Origin: Candidatus Adlerbacteria bacterium
Lineage (GTDB): Bacteria; Patescibacteriota; Minisyncoccia; Phycocordibacterales; SBAW01
Length of the DNA stretch: 64,000 nucleotides
Direction of reading: 5' to 3'
NCBI GenBank assembly: GCA_028286685.1
Contig: JAQBRA010000004.1
Location: 12,898 to 76,897 of the forward strand
The translations under genes and the position numbers were made by a program. Shown one piece after another: positions 17,895 to 27,233 of this stretch. The notes beneath the pieces were generated by a model. The model saw nothing but the letters and a program-made list of their open reading frames with translations. It did not search any database and had not been told where the DNA came from. Position 1 is the first letter of the stretch, and every line of letters begins with the position of its first letter.

Positions 17895-18632
17895 ATGCAT
17901 GCCCACAGGCTCGGAGATACCGCTTTTATCGTAAGCGATGACGGCGCCGTAAAGCGCACCATCGTAAGCAGCGTCGGCAAAGAGGGGAACATCAGGCTGC
18001 TCGACCGCGCATACGGGCAAGTATGCACGACCTTTGTCGAGGCGCTTGCAGCCGCGACGGCAAAGCTCAAGGAAAAGGAGCGCAAGCTCCAGGACGAGCT
18101 CGGCCCGCTTCAGGCATTGATCGCCCGCCTTTCTTCGCCAGAGTACGAGGAGGAAGTCATGGGCGGCCCGCTCTTGCGCACGAGCACGGCTTCTTTCTTG
18201 GCGGACAGCCCTGAAGTCGTGGAGCTTCCCGCTCCTGAGAGCTATATGGAACCGGGGCAGAAAGTCTTCTGCGCTATCGTCCCCGGCACTCATAACGGAA
18301 TGATTCCCCATTACCGGCCACACCCGTACTTCGTTCTCGAATCCGAAATAGCCGAGACGATCCTCGTCGAGCGGGGCAGGGTAGCCTACCGGATCGACTC
18401 CCACTATCATCCCTCGTCGGGCAGCATCTTTATCGACCCGGAAGAGGCCAAGAAGAAGCTGGTTTCGGTTTTTGAAACGGAAACCGGCGGCACTCTTCCT
18501 TCTGAGAACGTCAGGATAGTTTCCCGGGAACAGGAGAAGCAGGGCTCAAAGAGCTCCTTTGATCGCGTGGCCGGCCAGGTCAGCGGCAGGCCGGCAAACC
18601 CGCTGCTTGAGCCGCTTAGCGACTCAACCTAG
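17895..18632 (+). CDS. hypothetical protein
   Basis: AAAGGAGG ribosome-binding site 6 nt before ATG 17895. The 246-aa product has no recognised motif. Confidence 0.5.
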   Translation: MHAHRLGDTAFIVSDDGAVKRTIVSSVGKEGNIRLLDRAYGQVCTTFVEALAAATAKLKEKERKLQDELGPLQALIARLSSPEYEEEVMGGPLLRTSTASFLADSPEVVELPAPESYMEPGQKVFCAIVPGTHNGMIPHYRPHPYFVLESEIAETILVERGRVAYRIDSHYHPSSGSIFIDPEEAKKKLVSVFETETGGTLPSENVRIVSREQEKQGSKSSFDRVAGQVSGRPANPLLEPLSDST

Positions 18633-18701
18633 TCGGCTCATCCCGCCGCGATACACAAATCGCGGCGGGATTTTCTTTTATAAAAAAGTTACAATGGGTG
18701 T

Positions 18702-19793
18702 ATGGACCTCATTACTGTACTGGTGGCCGTACTTATACTTTTGGCAGTCGGGATAATCGCCATGCTGTACCGCCTGCAAAAGGGCGCCCAGGCGCCCCAA
18801 GACAGCTCGTCGATGGTGCTTTTGCAGAACCAGCTCGCCGAGCTTACCCGCGCCATGGATAGCAAGTTGGGCGAGGGCACCAAGACCATGTCGGAGTTTA
18901 TGATGACCCAAACCGACCAGGGCCGCACGCTCATGGCCACCATTACCAAGCAGATCGGCGACCAATTGCTTGAGGTGGTCAAGGGAGTGGCTAAGACGGA
19001 AGAGTCCACCAAGCAGATATTTACCATTGCCGAGCAGCTCGGCAACCTCGAAAAGGTGCTCAAGAACCAGAAGCAGCGCGGCAACCTGGGCGAGGCCAGC
19101 CTCGAGCTGGTGATGAGCAATATCCTGCCGCCCGGAGCTTATCAGATGCAGTACGAGTTTCCGGGCGGTGAGACGGTAGACGCCATCATCCGCACCAAGG
19201 AGGGCTTTATCCCGGTTGATGCAAAGTTCCCGCTGGAGAACTATTCGCGCCTGCGCGACGAGAAGGACGATGTGCGCCGGGTGGAGTACGAGGAGGCGTT
19301 TAAGAAAGATCTTAAAAAGCGCATCGATGAAACTTCTAAGTATGTGCGCCCCAAGGACGGCACGCTGCCGTTTGCCTTTATGTACATCCCGGCCGAGGGT
19401 ATCTACTACGACCTTTTGAACGACGGGGTAGGGGCGGTAAATACCCGCAGCCTGCTCGATTATGCGCAGAACGACCGCAAGGTGATAATTGTCTCGCCCA
19501 CGACCTTTGCCGCGTACCTGCAGTCGGTCCTGTACGGCTTTAAGGCTTTTAAGATCGAGGAGCAGGCCAAAGACATCGCCAAGAACGTCGAGGCGCTGGG
19601 CCGGCACATTAATGCCTACCAGGACTACTATAAAAAGCTGGGTGCCTCGCTTAGTACCACGGTCAACCACTTTAACGCCGGCACCAAAGAGCTGGGCAAG
19701 ATCGAGAAGGATGTCCTGCGCATAGACGCTTCGGCCGAGATAGCCATAGACGTGCCCCTGCTCGACAAGCCTATTTTGGAGGGTAAAGATTAA
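18702..19793 (+). CDS. rmuC: DNA recombination protein RmuC
   Basis: N-terminal transmembrane helix, long coiled-coil, C-terminal RmuC nuclease-like region (…LPFAFMYIPAEGIYYDLL…). Confidence 0.8.
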   Translation: MDLITVLVAVLILLAVGIIAMLYRLQKGAQAPQDSSSMVLLQNQLAELTRAMDSKLGEGTKTMSEFMMTQTDQGRTLMATITKQIGDQLLEVVKGVAKTEESTKQIFTIAEQLGNLEKVLKNQKQRGNLGEASLELVMSNILPPGAYQMQYEFPGGETVDAIIRTKEGFIPVDAKFPLENYSRLRDEKDDVRRVEYEEAFKKDLKKRIDETSKYVRPKDGTLPFAFMYIPAEGIYYDLLNDGVGAVNTRSLLDYAQNDRKVIIVSPTTFAAYLQSVLYGFKAFKIEEQAKDIAKNVEALGRHINAYQDYYKKLGASLSTTVNHFNAGTKELGKIEKDVLRIDASAEIAIDVPLLDKPILEGKD

Positions 19794-19816
19794 TGCCTCC
19801 CTGGGTAGGGAGGCAT
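19794..19816 (+). terminator. terminator after rmuC
   Basis: GCCTCCCTgggTAGGGAGGCatttggtcattt. Confidence 0.55.
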
Positions 19817-20048
19817 TTGGTCATTTGGGCCCCCAAATAATGAGGGCGAGGACGGCTATCGGCAAAAGGCAGATGGCCACCCCTGCAGCTTTGCGCACGA
19901 TCTTGTGGTGACGGTCGGGGTCTTTCCCCTCGGTCACTTCTTCGAGCCGGATTAGGTCGTCATGTCCGTATTGGCTAATATCAGTCACGGCGTTCTCCTC
20001 CGCTGCTTCGGGCTATCGGGGCCTTGTTGGTCCCTTCTGGCATTATTC

Positions 20049-20077
20049 TTGCACAAATATGCCTTATGGGCTAGTAT
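20049..20077 (+). promoter_or_regulatory. sigma70-type promoter of rplU
   Basis: TTGCAC-17 nt-TAGTAT, 30 nt upstream of the start codon. Confidence 0.5.
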
Positions 20078-20107
20078 GTTTGGACGAGCCAGGGGCTCGT
20101 TTTCTAT

Positions 20108-20515
20108 ATGGCAACCACGAGCAAAAAACCGTCTAAAATCGCTAAAAAAGAGGCAACCGCTGCAAAGGCGGCCAAGGAGTTTGCTGTTATCCAAACCGGC
20201 GGCAAGCAGTACATGGTTTCCGAGGGCGATGTCGTCAAGATCGAGGCCATGAAGGGGGAGCTTACCGCCGAGGGCCGCGAGGTCTACAAGGTAGGCGACA
20301 AGCTCACCTTTGAGGAGGTCCTTTTGGTGGACAACGGCAAGGATACCTCTATCGGCGACCCGTTCATCAAGGGTGCGAAGGTTATGGCCGAGATCAAGAA
20401 GATCGATCGCGCCGCTAAGGTAACGGTCATCAAGTACAAGGCCAAGTCCAACTATTTCAAAAAGCGCGGCCATCGCCAGCCATTCTTCGAGGTCGTTATC
20501 ACCAAGCTCGCGTAA
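20108..20515 (+). CDS. rplU: 50S ribosomal protein L21 (with a basic N-terminal extension)
   Basis: …FAVIQTGGKQYMVSEGDVVKIE… core L21 sequence. rpmA is not adjacent. Confidence 0.9.
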   Translation: MATTSKKPSKIAKKEATAAKAAKEFAVIQTGGKQYMVSEGDVVKIEAMKGELTAEGREVYKVGDKLTFEEVLLVDNGKDTSIGDPFIKGAKVMAEIKKIDRAAKVTVIKYKAKSNYFKKRGHRQPFFEVVITKLA

Positions 20516-20520
20516 GGTTT

Positions 20521-20613
20521 CGCAAAAGCAGGCTTGGCAGAGTACGGATAATTTTTTGCTAAAAATTTCCTCAAGCCTCGTGTCGTCACACTTGCGGAGC
20601 CTCTGCCAAACCT
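20521..20613 (+). other. long-range RNA hairpin in the rplU 3' region
   Basis: gcaaaagcaggcttggcagag pairs with ctctgccaaacctcttttgc (about 19 of 21) across a ~50-nt loop. Confidence 0.45.
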
Positions 20614-20628
20614 CTTTTGCTCCGCACG

Positions 20629-20658
20629 AAAAATCCCGCCTTAGAGGCGGGATTTTTC
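20629..20658. terminator. bidirectional terminator between rplU and recR
   Basis: aaaaatCCCGCCttagagGCGGGatttttc. Confidence 0.65.
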
Positions 20659-20770
20659 AAAGGCAGTACAAAACAAGTTGAGGCGAGCATTTCGCAGGCC
20701 GACTGGGCCGAGAATAGCAAATTTCCAGCAGGAAATTATGTGCGCGAGACGAGACTTGGTTTTGTACTGC

Positions 20771-21388
20771 CTAGTGCCTATTGCCCAAGGCCTGGGCGAT
20801 CGTGTCCGGGTCGGCGTATTCGAGCTCGGAGCCGGTTGAGAGACCGCGGCCCAGGGAGGACACGCGGAAGTTGAGGCCTTCTGAAAGCGGCCGGAGCTTC
20901 TCCATTAAGATTTCGCGGGTGTGGTCGCCCTCGGTAGTGGCTGATAGGCCCAAAATAAGCTCGTTTAAGAGGAGCTGCGAGGCGTCTTCCTCGACGCGGC
21001 GCATAAGTTCGCGGATGCGGACGAACTTCTCGGGCTCTTCAGTCGCCAGGGCGATAGTGCCGCCCAGCACAAAATACATGCCCCTAAAGCCCGAGCGCTC
21101 CACATTTTCTATATCGGCGTCTTTCTCAACCACAAACAGTATCGCCGCCTCGCGCGCGGGGTTGGCGCATATGGAGCAGAGCTCGCCTGCGGAGGAGTTC
21201 TTGGCATACCAGCGGTAGCATTTGACGCACTGGCGACTGTCGGCGCCGAGGCGCTTGATAAGGTCGGCAAGCTCGGTGCGCACGCCGGGGCTCGTGGAAA
21301 GCAGGTACTGCACGAAGCGCCGGGCCTGCCGAGGCCCGATGCCGGGTAATTTCTCAAATAGGGCGGCAAGCCGGCTTATTGAATCCAT
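20771..21388 (-). CDS. recR: recombination protein RecR
   Basis: MDSISRLAALFEKLPGIGPRQARR (HhH), C4 zinc finger, Toprim domain. Confidence 0.9.
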   Translation of the reverse strand: MDSISRLAALFEKLPGIGPRQARRFVQYLLSTSPGVRTELADLIKRLGADSRQCVKCYRWYAKNSSAGELCSICANPAREAAILFVVEKDADIENVERSGFRGMYFVLGGTIALATEEPEKFVRIRELMRRVEEDASQLLLNELILGLSATTEGDHTREILMEKLRPLSEGLNFRVSSLGRGLSTGSELEYADPDTIAQALGNRH

Positions 21389-21390
21389 AT

Positions 21391-22776
21391 CTAAAACGCG
21401 TCGAGCGAGCTTGATGAATCAAAGGCGCCGAAATCGGTCTTCTCCAGCGAGCGGAAGGTGGTGCGCTTGTCGTCAAAGTAGAGTTCGACCATGCCTACCG
21501 GGCCGTTGCGGTGCTTCTCGATCATGATCTCGGCGATATTGGGGCGCTCGCTCTCCTTGTTGAGCTTGTCGTCGCGGTGGATAAACATAACGACGTCGGC
21601 GTCCTGCTCGATCGAGCCCGAGTCGCGCAGGTCCGAGAGGCGCGGCTTGCCGCCGCGCTGTTCCACGGCGCGCGAGAGCTGCGAGAGGGCCAAAACCGGC
21701 ACGTCGAGCTCGCGAGCAAGCTGCTTGAGCGAGCGGGAGATTTCGGTTACCTGCTGCACGAGGTTGTCGTTGTTGCGCGACTGGGTGGGCACCATGAGCT
21801 GCAGGTAGTCGACGATGATGAGACCGAGCCCGTGCTCTTTCTTAAGTCTTCGGGCGGTGGCGCGCATCTTAAGGATGTTCTGCGCCGGCTCGTCGCTGAT
21901 AAATATAGGCGCCTGGCCCAACAGGTCGTAGGTCTCGCGGATCCGGTCCCAATCGTCCTGCTCCTTAATATTGCCGGTGCGCAGGTTCCAGGAGTTGACC
22001 CCGGCCTGCGCCGCCACCATGCGGTCTATAAGCTGCTGGGCGGCCATCTCGAGGCTGAATATGCCCACGACCGCCTTGTGCTCCACCGCTGCCTTGCGGG
22101 CGATGTCGAGCGCGAGCGCCGTCTTTCCCATGGAGGGGCGAGCCGCCAAAATGATGAGATCGGACTTCTGGAAGCCGGCCAGGAGGTTGTCCAGATCCTT
22201 AAAGCCGGTACGCACGCCGCGCACCTCGTCCTTGTGCTCATGGAGGTACTCCAGGCGCTGCCAAGCCTCCTTGAGCGAGTCGCCGAGCGCCATGAATTTG
22301 CTCATGGTCGGGGTCTGGGTGACCTCGTAAACCTTCTTCTCGGCCTTGTCCAAGGTCTCGTCGAGCTCGGACGACTCGTCGTAGCCGAGCTCGGCCACGA
22401 ACTCGCCGGCGTCTATAAGCCCGCGCAGCATGTGCTTTTTCTGCACCTGGCCTGCGTAGTGGCGTGCGTTGGAGGCCGCGGGCACGTCGGCTGCGAGTTC
22501 GGCCAAGTAAGCGAGGCCGCCGATGCCGTCGAGCTGCCCGTCGTCTGAGAGCCTCGCGCGCACCGACTCGATATCGATAGGCTCGTTCTTAGAATAGAGC
22601 GCCAGCATGGCGCGGTAAATCATCCGGTGCTTCTCTGCGTAGAAAGCGTCAGGGGAAACCAGGTCGCTGCTCTCGACCATGCCCTCGGGGCGTATCATAA
22701 GGGCGCCTAAGAAAGCTTTCTCGCTTTCCAGTGTCTGCGGAGGCATCCGCAATCCGTCTCGTTTGCCCTTGGTCAT
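21391..22776 (-). CDS. dnaB: replicative DNA helicase DnaB
   Basis: 461 aa. N-terminal DnaB domain, Walker A ARPSMGKTALAL, RecA-fold C-terminus. Confidence 0.9.
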   Translation of the reverse strand: MTKGKRDGLRMPPQTLESEKAFLGALMIRPEGMVESSDLVSPDAFYAEKHRMIYRAMLALYSKNEPIDIESVRARLSDDGQLDGIGGLAYLAELAADVPAASNARHYAGQVQKKHMLRGLIDAGEFVAELGYDESSELDETLDKAEKKVYEVTQTPTMSKFMALGDSLKEAWQRLEYLHEHKDEVRGVRTGFKDLDNLLAGFQKSDLIILAARPSMGKTALALDIARKAAVEHKAVVGIFSLEMAAQQLIDRMVAAQAGVNSWNLRTGNIKEQDDWDRIRETYDLLGQAPIFISDEPAQNILKMRATARRLKKEHGLGLIIVDYLQLMVPTQSRNNDNLVQQVTEISRSLKQLARELDVPVLALSQLSRAVEQRGGKPRLSDLRDSGSIEQDADVVMFIHRDDKLNKESERPNIAEIMIEKHRNGPVGMVELYFDDKRTTFRSLEKTDFGAFDSSSSLDAF

Positions 22777-22876
22777 ATCCCCAAGTGTACCTCTCTAGGG
22801 GTAGGGGTCCAAATGTGGCCATTGAGGGGACAAAAAGGGGATAAAAAGCAAATTGCTTTGCTTTTTATCCGGTGCC

Positions 22877-24337
22877 TTATTTCTTGGTCACTTTCTGGCC
22901 GCCCGGGGCGTCTTTGACCTCGAAGCCCTTCTTGGCTATTTGGGCGCGCAAGTCGTCCGATTTTTTGAAATCCTTATTGGTGCGGGCCTCCTCGCGTGCG
23001 GCAATGAGCCGCTGCACGTCCTCCGGCAGGTCGTCTACCGATATGACCGACACGCGCGCCACGGGGCCGCTGTCGCCCAGGCCCAGGCCTAATATTTTAT
23101 CGGCCTCGGCCAAAGAAGCGCGCTTGACCGCAGGGATAATTGCCGGGTCGCGCAGAAGCTCCCAGACGCGAGCCAGTGCCTGCGGCGTATTGAGATCATC
23201 GGCTATGGCGGCATAAAAATCCTTCAAGAATGTCTCGTCCGGCCGCATCTGAGACGGCGGGAGCTCCAAGTACGCGCGCACAAGTCGGCCGTAGGCGGTA
23301 TTGGCGCCCTCGACGGCGTCCCAGGTGAAGTTCATTGGCGTTCGGTAGTGCCCGTTTAGGAACCAATACCGCAGCGCGCGCGCCGAAAGCCCTTTGTCGG
23401 TCAGGTTATGCAGGTAGATTGTGTTGCGCAGCGACTTGGAGACTTTCTTGTCCTCTATGGTAATGAATTCGCCATGCATCCAGTAGCGCACGAATGGCTT
23501 GCCGGTCGCGGCTTCGGCCTGTGCCAGCTCGTTGTTGTGATGGATTGCGATATGGTCGATGCCGCCCGTGTGGATATCGATCTGCTTGCCCAGCAGCTTG
23601 AAGATCATGGCGACGCACTCGGTGTGCCAGCCGGGGAAGCCGAGACCCCACGGGCTCTCCCAGCCGAGCTTTTTGTCAGACTTCCACAGCACGAAGTCTG
23701 CCGGATGGCGCTTGTTGGTGTTGACCTCGAGCCGGGCGCCCGCCTCTTGGGCCTCAATATCCTGGTCGCCTAGCTTGCCGTAGCCCGGGAAGCGCGAAGT
23801 GTCGTAATACACGCCATCTTCGAGCCGGTAGGCATAGCCCTTCTGCTCGAGGGTTTTTATAACCGCTATCTGCTCGGGTATGTAGTCGCTCGCCCGCGGG
23901 AAGCGGATATGCTCGACGTCGAGGCCCAGCTCGCCGATGTCCTTAAAGAACGACTCCGCGTAGCGCTCGGCAAGCTTGCGCATATTGGCCATGGTGACCC
24001 GCAAGCCTTCGCGCTTGAGGCCCTTGGTCATCTTGTCCTCGCCTTCGTCGGCATCGGACACTAGGTGGCCGAAGTCAGTGATATTGATGACCTGCTGGAC
24101 CTTGTAGCCCCACGCATGGAGGCTCCGGCGTATCGTGTCGGCAAATACATAGGCGCGCAGGTTGCCGATATGCACGAAGTCATACACGGTCGGCCCGCAG
24201 TTATACATCTTGACCGCCGAGCCCATGGGCTTGAACTCCTCAAGCTCGCCCGAGAGCGTATTGCGCAGCATAAGGGGCGGCAGGTTCTTTTGCTTGGCCG
24301 CTGAGCGGCCGGGTCTTAAAAATTTCAGCAGATTCAT
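22877..24337 (-). CDS. cysS: cysteinyl-tRNA synthetase
   Basis: HIGN (HIGH) and KVSKSL (KMSKS) motifs, zinc-binding Cys, 486 aa. Confidence 0.9.
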   Translation of the reverse strand: MNLLKFLRPGRSAAKQKNLPPLMLRNTLSGELEEFKPMGSAVKMYNCGPTVYDFVHIGNLRAYVFADTIRRSLHAWGYKVQQVINITDFGHLVSDADEGEDKMTKGLKREGLRVTMANMRKLAERYAESFFKDIGELGLDVEHIRFPRASDYIPEQIAVIKTLEQKGYAYRLEDGVYYDTSRFPGYGKLGDQDIEAQEAGARLEVNTNKRHPADFVLWKSDKKLGWESPWGLGFPGWHTECVAMIFKLLGKQIDIHTGGIDHIAIHHNNELAQAEAATGKPFVRYWMHGEFITIEDKKVSKSLRNTIYLHNLTDKGLSARALRYWFLNGHYRTPMNFTWDAVEGANTAYGRLVRAYLELPPSQMRPDETFLKDFYAAIADDLNTPQALARVWELLRDPAIIPAVKRASLAEADKILGLGLGDSGPVARVSVISVDDLPEDVQRLIAAREEARTNKDFKKSDDLRAQIAKKGFEVKDAPGGQKVTKK

Positions 24338-24350
24338 TTGGTATGGGGTG

Positions 24351-25283
24351 TTATATCCAGTCTTTGTGTTTAAAGTATCCGATGCAGCAAAGGGCGATTA
24401 TACACATGCCGCCGACCAGTATCCAAAAATCGTACGCGCTCCCGGCGATGGGGTTATTGACCGTATTCATGCCGAAGAGGCCCGCAATAAAGGAGAGCGG
24501 CAAGAAGGTAAATGCCAGGACGGTAAACGTCTTCATGATCTCGTTTTGCTTGGTGTTAAGCAGCGAGTCGTTAGTGGCGCGCAGCTCGCTTAGGGAATCG
24601 CGCAGGCTCTCGACCGTGCGCTCGACGCGGGCGCGGGCGCCCTCGACCTCGCGCAGGTGGTAGCTGTATTCGGGGCCCAAGAGGCGATGGGCAAGAGGCT
24701 CCATAGAGGAAAGCATTTCCTTGTGCGGAGCAATCGCGCGGCGGAAGTCGTACAAGACGCGGGCTACGGCCGAGAGCTCGAACACCATGCGGCGCTCATC
24801 GCCTTTGAATATCCGCGCCTCGATCTCTTCCAGCCGTTCGTGCATCAGCTCGCACTCGCTATCAAGCGAGCGGTAGATGCTCCCGATCATCGCCGCAAAG
24901 AGGTGCCCGCCGTGGCTGTGGTTCGGGTGGCCGATCAGGGTCCGCGCCTCGAACGCCCGGGCAAACGAGTGCAAGGGGTCGATATTCTCGTAGCGGGTGG
25001 TAATCAGGAACTTCTTGCCGATGATAAAGTCTACTTCCTGCTCGGGCCGGCGGTTGAGCCCGAGCCGGAGCGTAGGGAAGTGGAATATGACGTAAAGGGT
25101 TTCGCCCACGCGCTCCATCTTGGACTTATAAGAGGTGGAGAGGAGTTCTTGCGCCACTTTGGGCTCGATATCGAACTCCTGCATAAGATCGCGCACCTCG
25201 CCTGGCGTGGGTGCAACCAAATCTATCCACGTCAAATCGCGCTCCTGGTACCGCGTCAGCATGAAAAAATTATACCACCCCAA
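24351..25283 (-). CDS. corA: CorA-family Mg2+/Co2+ transporter
   Basis: C-terminal two transmembrane helices with the GMN motif (AGLFGMNTV). Confidence 0.8.
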   Translation of the reverse strand: MGWYNFFMLTRYQERDLTWIDLVAPTPGEVRDLMQEFDIEPKVAQELLSTSYKSKMERVGETLYVIFHFPTLRLGLNRRPEQEVDFIIGKKFLITTRYENIDPLHSFARAFEARTLIGHPNHSHGGHLFAAMIGSIYRSLDSECELMHERLEEIEARIFKGDERRMVFELSAVARVLYDFRRAIAPHKEMLSSMEPLAHRLLGPEYSYHLREVEGARARVERTVESLRDSLSELRATNDSLLNTKQNEIMKTFTVLAFTFLPLSFIAGLFGMNTVNNPIAGSAYDFWILVGGMCIIALCCIGYFKHKDWI

Positions 25284-25297
25284 TTAGGTGTTCGCGC

Positions 25298-26083
25298 TTA
25301 GTGAGCGAGGACAAACGCGCGCGTTGCAGGGCCAAAGCGGCCGGCGGCCGGCATGATGCTATTGAGCGCTTGGAGCTTGGCGAGAGCCGCCTTAGTAGCG
25401 GGGCCGAAGTACGCGGTTTCGTTTCCGGCAGAGCCTCCGCCCGAGGCGGCCACGGCAAAGCCGTGCGTGTTGAGGTAGTGCTGGAGCGCGCGCACGTCCT
25501 CGCCGGTCATGCCGAGCTCGAGATCGCGGGAAAACGCAGAGGATGCCGCGGACGAGCCGGTTGCGGAAGCGGGGGCGGCAAGGGCGCTTGTCCCCGCCAC
25601 AGAGGCGCGCGTCAGGGGGCCAAAGTAACCGATCGCGGGCGCAATGCCTTTTGTCGCCTGGTACCGGGCAAGAGCCGCTTGCGTTGCGGGGCCGAAGTAG
25701 TCGGTCTCGTGCCCGGTTGATCCTGCGCCGCTCACTGCCACAGCAAAGCTGCTTGAGTTTAAAAATTGCTGGAGCCGGCGCACGTCCTCGCCCGTGCTGC
25801 CCAGCTGAAGGTCGCGGGAGAAGGGGAGCGAAGCAGTGGGAGTAGCAGCGCCCGGCTCAGTCCCGGAAATGACCACCGGCGTTTGGCGCATGAGTATGTT
25901 CCCGCCCGAGGTGTTGTCTGGGGATGTGGTAGCGGTTGGATTCGTAGAAGCCGCCGCTGCGGCGCAGCCGCCATAGAGAGACGCTCCGTACGCGCAGTTT
26001 CCATACGTGCTTGCGGCATGCACCCAAGGAGCGGCGCTGCATGCCAGAACGGCGAAAGCCGCCAGGAAAAGTTTGCTACGCAT
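25298..26083 (-). CDS. secreted protein with two tandem peptidoglycan-binding (PGBD, PF01471-like) repeats
   Basis: Sec signal peptide MRSKLFLAAFAVLACSAAPWVHAAS. Two ~72-aa repeats: FSRDLQLGSTGEDVRRLQQFLN…YFGPATQAALARYQ… and FSRDLELGMTGEDVRALQHYLN…YFGPATKAALAKLQ…. Confidence 0.75.
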   Translation of the reverse strand: MRSKLFLAAFAVLACSAAPWVHAASTYGNCAYGASLYGGCAAAAASTNPTATTSPDNTSGGNILMRQTPVVISGTEPGAATPTASLPFSRDLQLGSTGEDVRRLQQFLNSSSFAVAVSGAGSTGHETDYFGPATQAALARYQATKGIAPAIGYFGPLTRASVAGTSALAAPASATGSSAASSAFSRDLELGMTGEDVRALQHYLNTHGFAVAASGGGSAGNETAYFGPATKAALAKLQALNSIMPAAGRFGPATRAFVLAH

Positions 26084-26261
26084 GCTTGCCGCCGTAAGTG
26101 CTCTTTCCGTAGGATTGGCTATCTTGGGACAGTACCTTTCCCGGCAAAACCGCGCTTGCTGTATCGGTCATGCTTGCAAATTTCAATGCGACGGCGGCTG
26201 CGGCCATGCCGCCCAGCGCTCCCAGGAATTCTCCTCTGGTTATTTTCTTATCGCTATTCAT
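26076..26261 (-). CDS. small protein with a Tat/Sec-signal-like N-terminus (61 aa)
   Basis: …ITRGEFLGALGGMAAAAVALKFASM… Its stop overlaps the start of the PGBD gene (ATGCGTAG). Directly downstream of tatC. Confidence 0.45.
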   Translation of the reverse strand: MNSDKKITRGEFLGALGGMAAAAVALKFASMTDTASAVLPGKVLSQDSQSYGKSTYGGKHA

Positions 26262-26290
26262 ACAAGATGGTTGTGCTGCTAACTCGTTCC

Positions 26291-27007
26291 TTAATTATAC
26301 ATTTTTTTCGCGAAAGCTATCCCCACTTCCGTGAGGAGCATAGCTGGAACGGATACGAGCATGAGCATCACAGGATCGGTCGTGGGGGTCAAAATTGCCA
26401 AGATAATGAGAATCCCCAGAAATACCAGGCGCCGCTGCCGGGCTAAGGCATACGGGTTAAGAATGCGGATATAGGAGAGCGCGATGATGATTATGGGGAG
26501 CTCCAGTACCAAGAATGAGACCGTCATGGTCATAAGGACGAAGCTGACGTAGCTTTCTGCGGTGAGCATGTAGGTCGTTCCGGGGACGACGAAGTGCGAC
26601 AGCGCCTCAAGGCTCATCGGAACCAGGTACCGGTAGGACAAAGCGATCGATGCGAGCCCCAGGATTCCTGCGGCCGCGACGAAAGCGTAAAAGAGGCTCC
26701 GTTTGCGCGCAGAGAGAGCCTCGCCGACAAAATGCGACAGCAGGGCGAGCCATACCGGCAAGGACACCACGAAGGCGCCCATAAAGGCAACCTTCATCTC
26801 AAACAGGAAAGGGCCGAGCGGCGAGAGGAACACCAAGGTCTTCCCATTAAGCGGCCGCAGGAGATACTGGAGCAAGAGAGTCTCGCCGTACAGGAGCAGC
26901 ACGGTGGCGCTTACTATAAAAAACAGCCCGCCCCCTAGCAGATACCGACGCAGCGCAAGCGCATGCTCCCAAAAGTTCAGAAGTTTAGCTTCGGACCCTG
27001 CGTCCAT
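26291..27007 (-). CDS. tatC: twin-arginine translocase subunit TatC
   Basis: 238 aa, six predicted transmembrane helices, TatC-like hydrophobicity pattern. Confidence 0.85.
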   Translation of the reverse strand: MDAGSEAKLLNFWEHALALRRYLLGGGLFFIVSATVLLLYGETLLLQYLLRPLNGKTLVFLSPLGPFLFEMKVAFMGAFVVSLPVWLALLSHFVGEALSARKRSLFYAFVAAAGILGLASIALSYRYLVPMSLEALSHFVVPGTTYMLTAESYVSFVLMTMTVSFLVLELPIIIIALSYIRILNPYALARQRRLVFLGILIILAILTPTTDPVMLMLVSVPAMLLTEVGIAFAKKMYN

Positions 27008-27184
27008 TTAAGATTTCTTGCCCGAGTCCTTGTCTTTGGATCCATCGGAAAAGCTGCTCTTGAGCTCCTTAAACGACTGCCCGATGCTCTTGGCAAGCCC
27101 GGGGAGCTTATCTTTGCCAAAGAAAAGGAGGAGCACAAAAAGGATGAGGATGATTTCCGGGGTGCCCAATCCAAATAGGTTCAT
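27008..27184 (-). CDS. tatA: twin-arginine translocase subunit TatA/E
   Basis: Manually translated 58 aa: MNLFGLGTPEIILILFVLLLFFGKDKLPGLAKSIGQSFKELKSS… (transmembrane helix, FG hinge, amphipathic helix). Below the 60-aa ORF-track cutoff. Abuts the tatC start. Confidence 0.75.
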   Translation of the reverse strand: MNLFGLGTPEIILILFVLLLFFGKDKLPGLAKSIGQSFKELKSSFSDGSKDKDSGKKS

Positions 27185-27233
27185 GGCATAAGTATACCCC
27201 CAAAAGGGGTATTGTTGTCCACCTTATCTGAAG

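Noticed and set aside
18678-19670. 330-aa antisense ORF opposite rmuC
   Set aside because: rmuC on the plus strand has clear family features; the antisense frame is a low-complexity L/R/A/G-rich artefact. The same reasoning applies to 21511-22548 (opposite dnaB), 40429-41151 (opposite the ABC ATPase) and 59439-60557 (opposite dnaJ).
26076-26261. Small ORF read as a frameshifted N-terminus of the PGBD protein
   Set aside because: The PGBD protein has its own complete Sec signal peptide, and its ATG overlaps the small ORF stop (ATGCGTAG) in a different frame. Two coupled genes are more parsimonious. The Tat-like motif has RG rather than RR, so Tat targeting is unproven.
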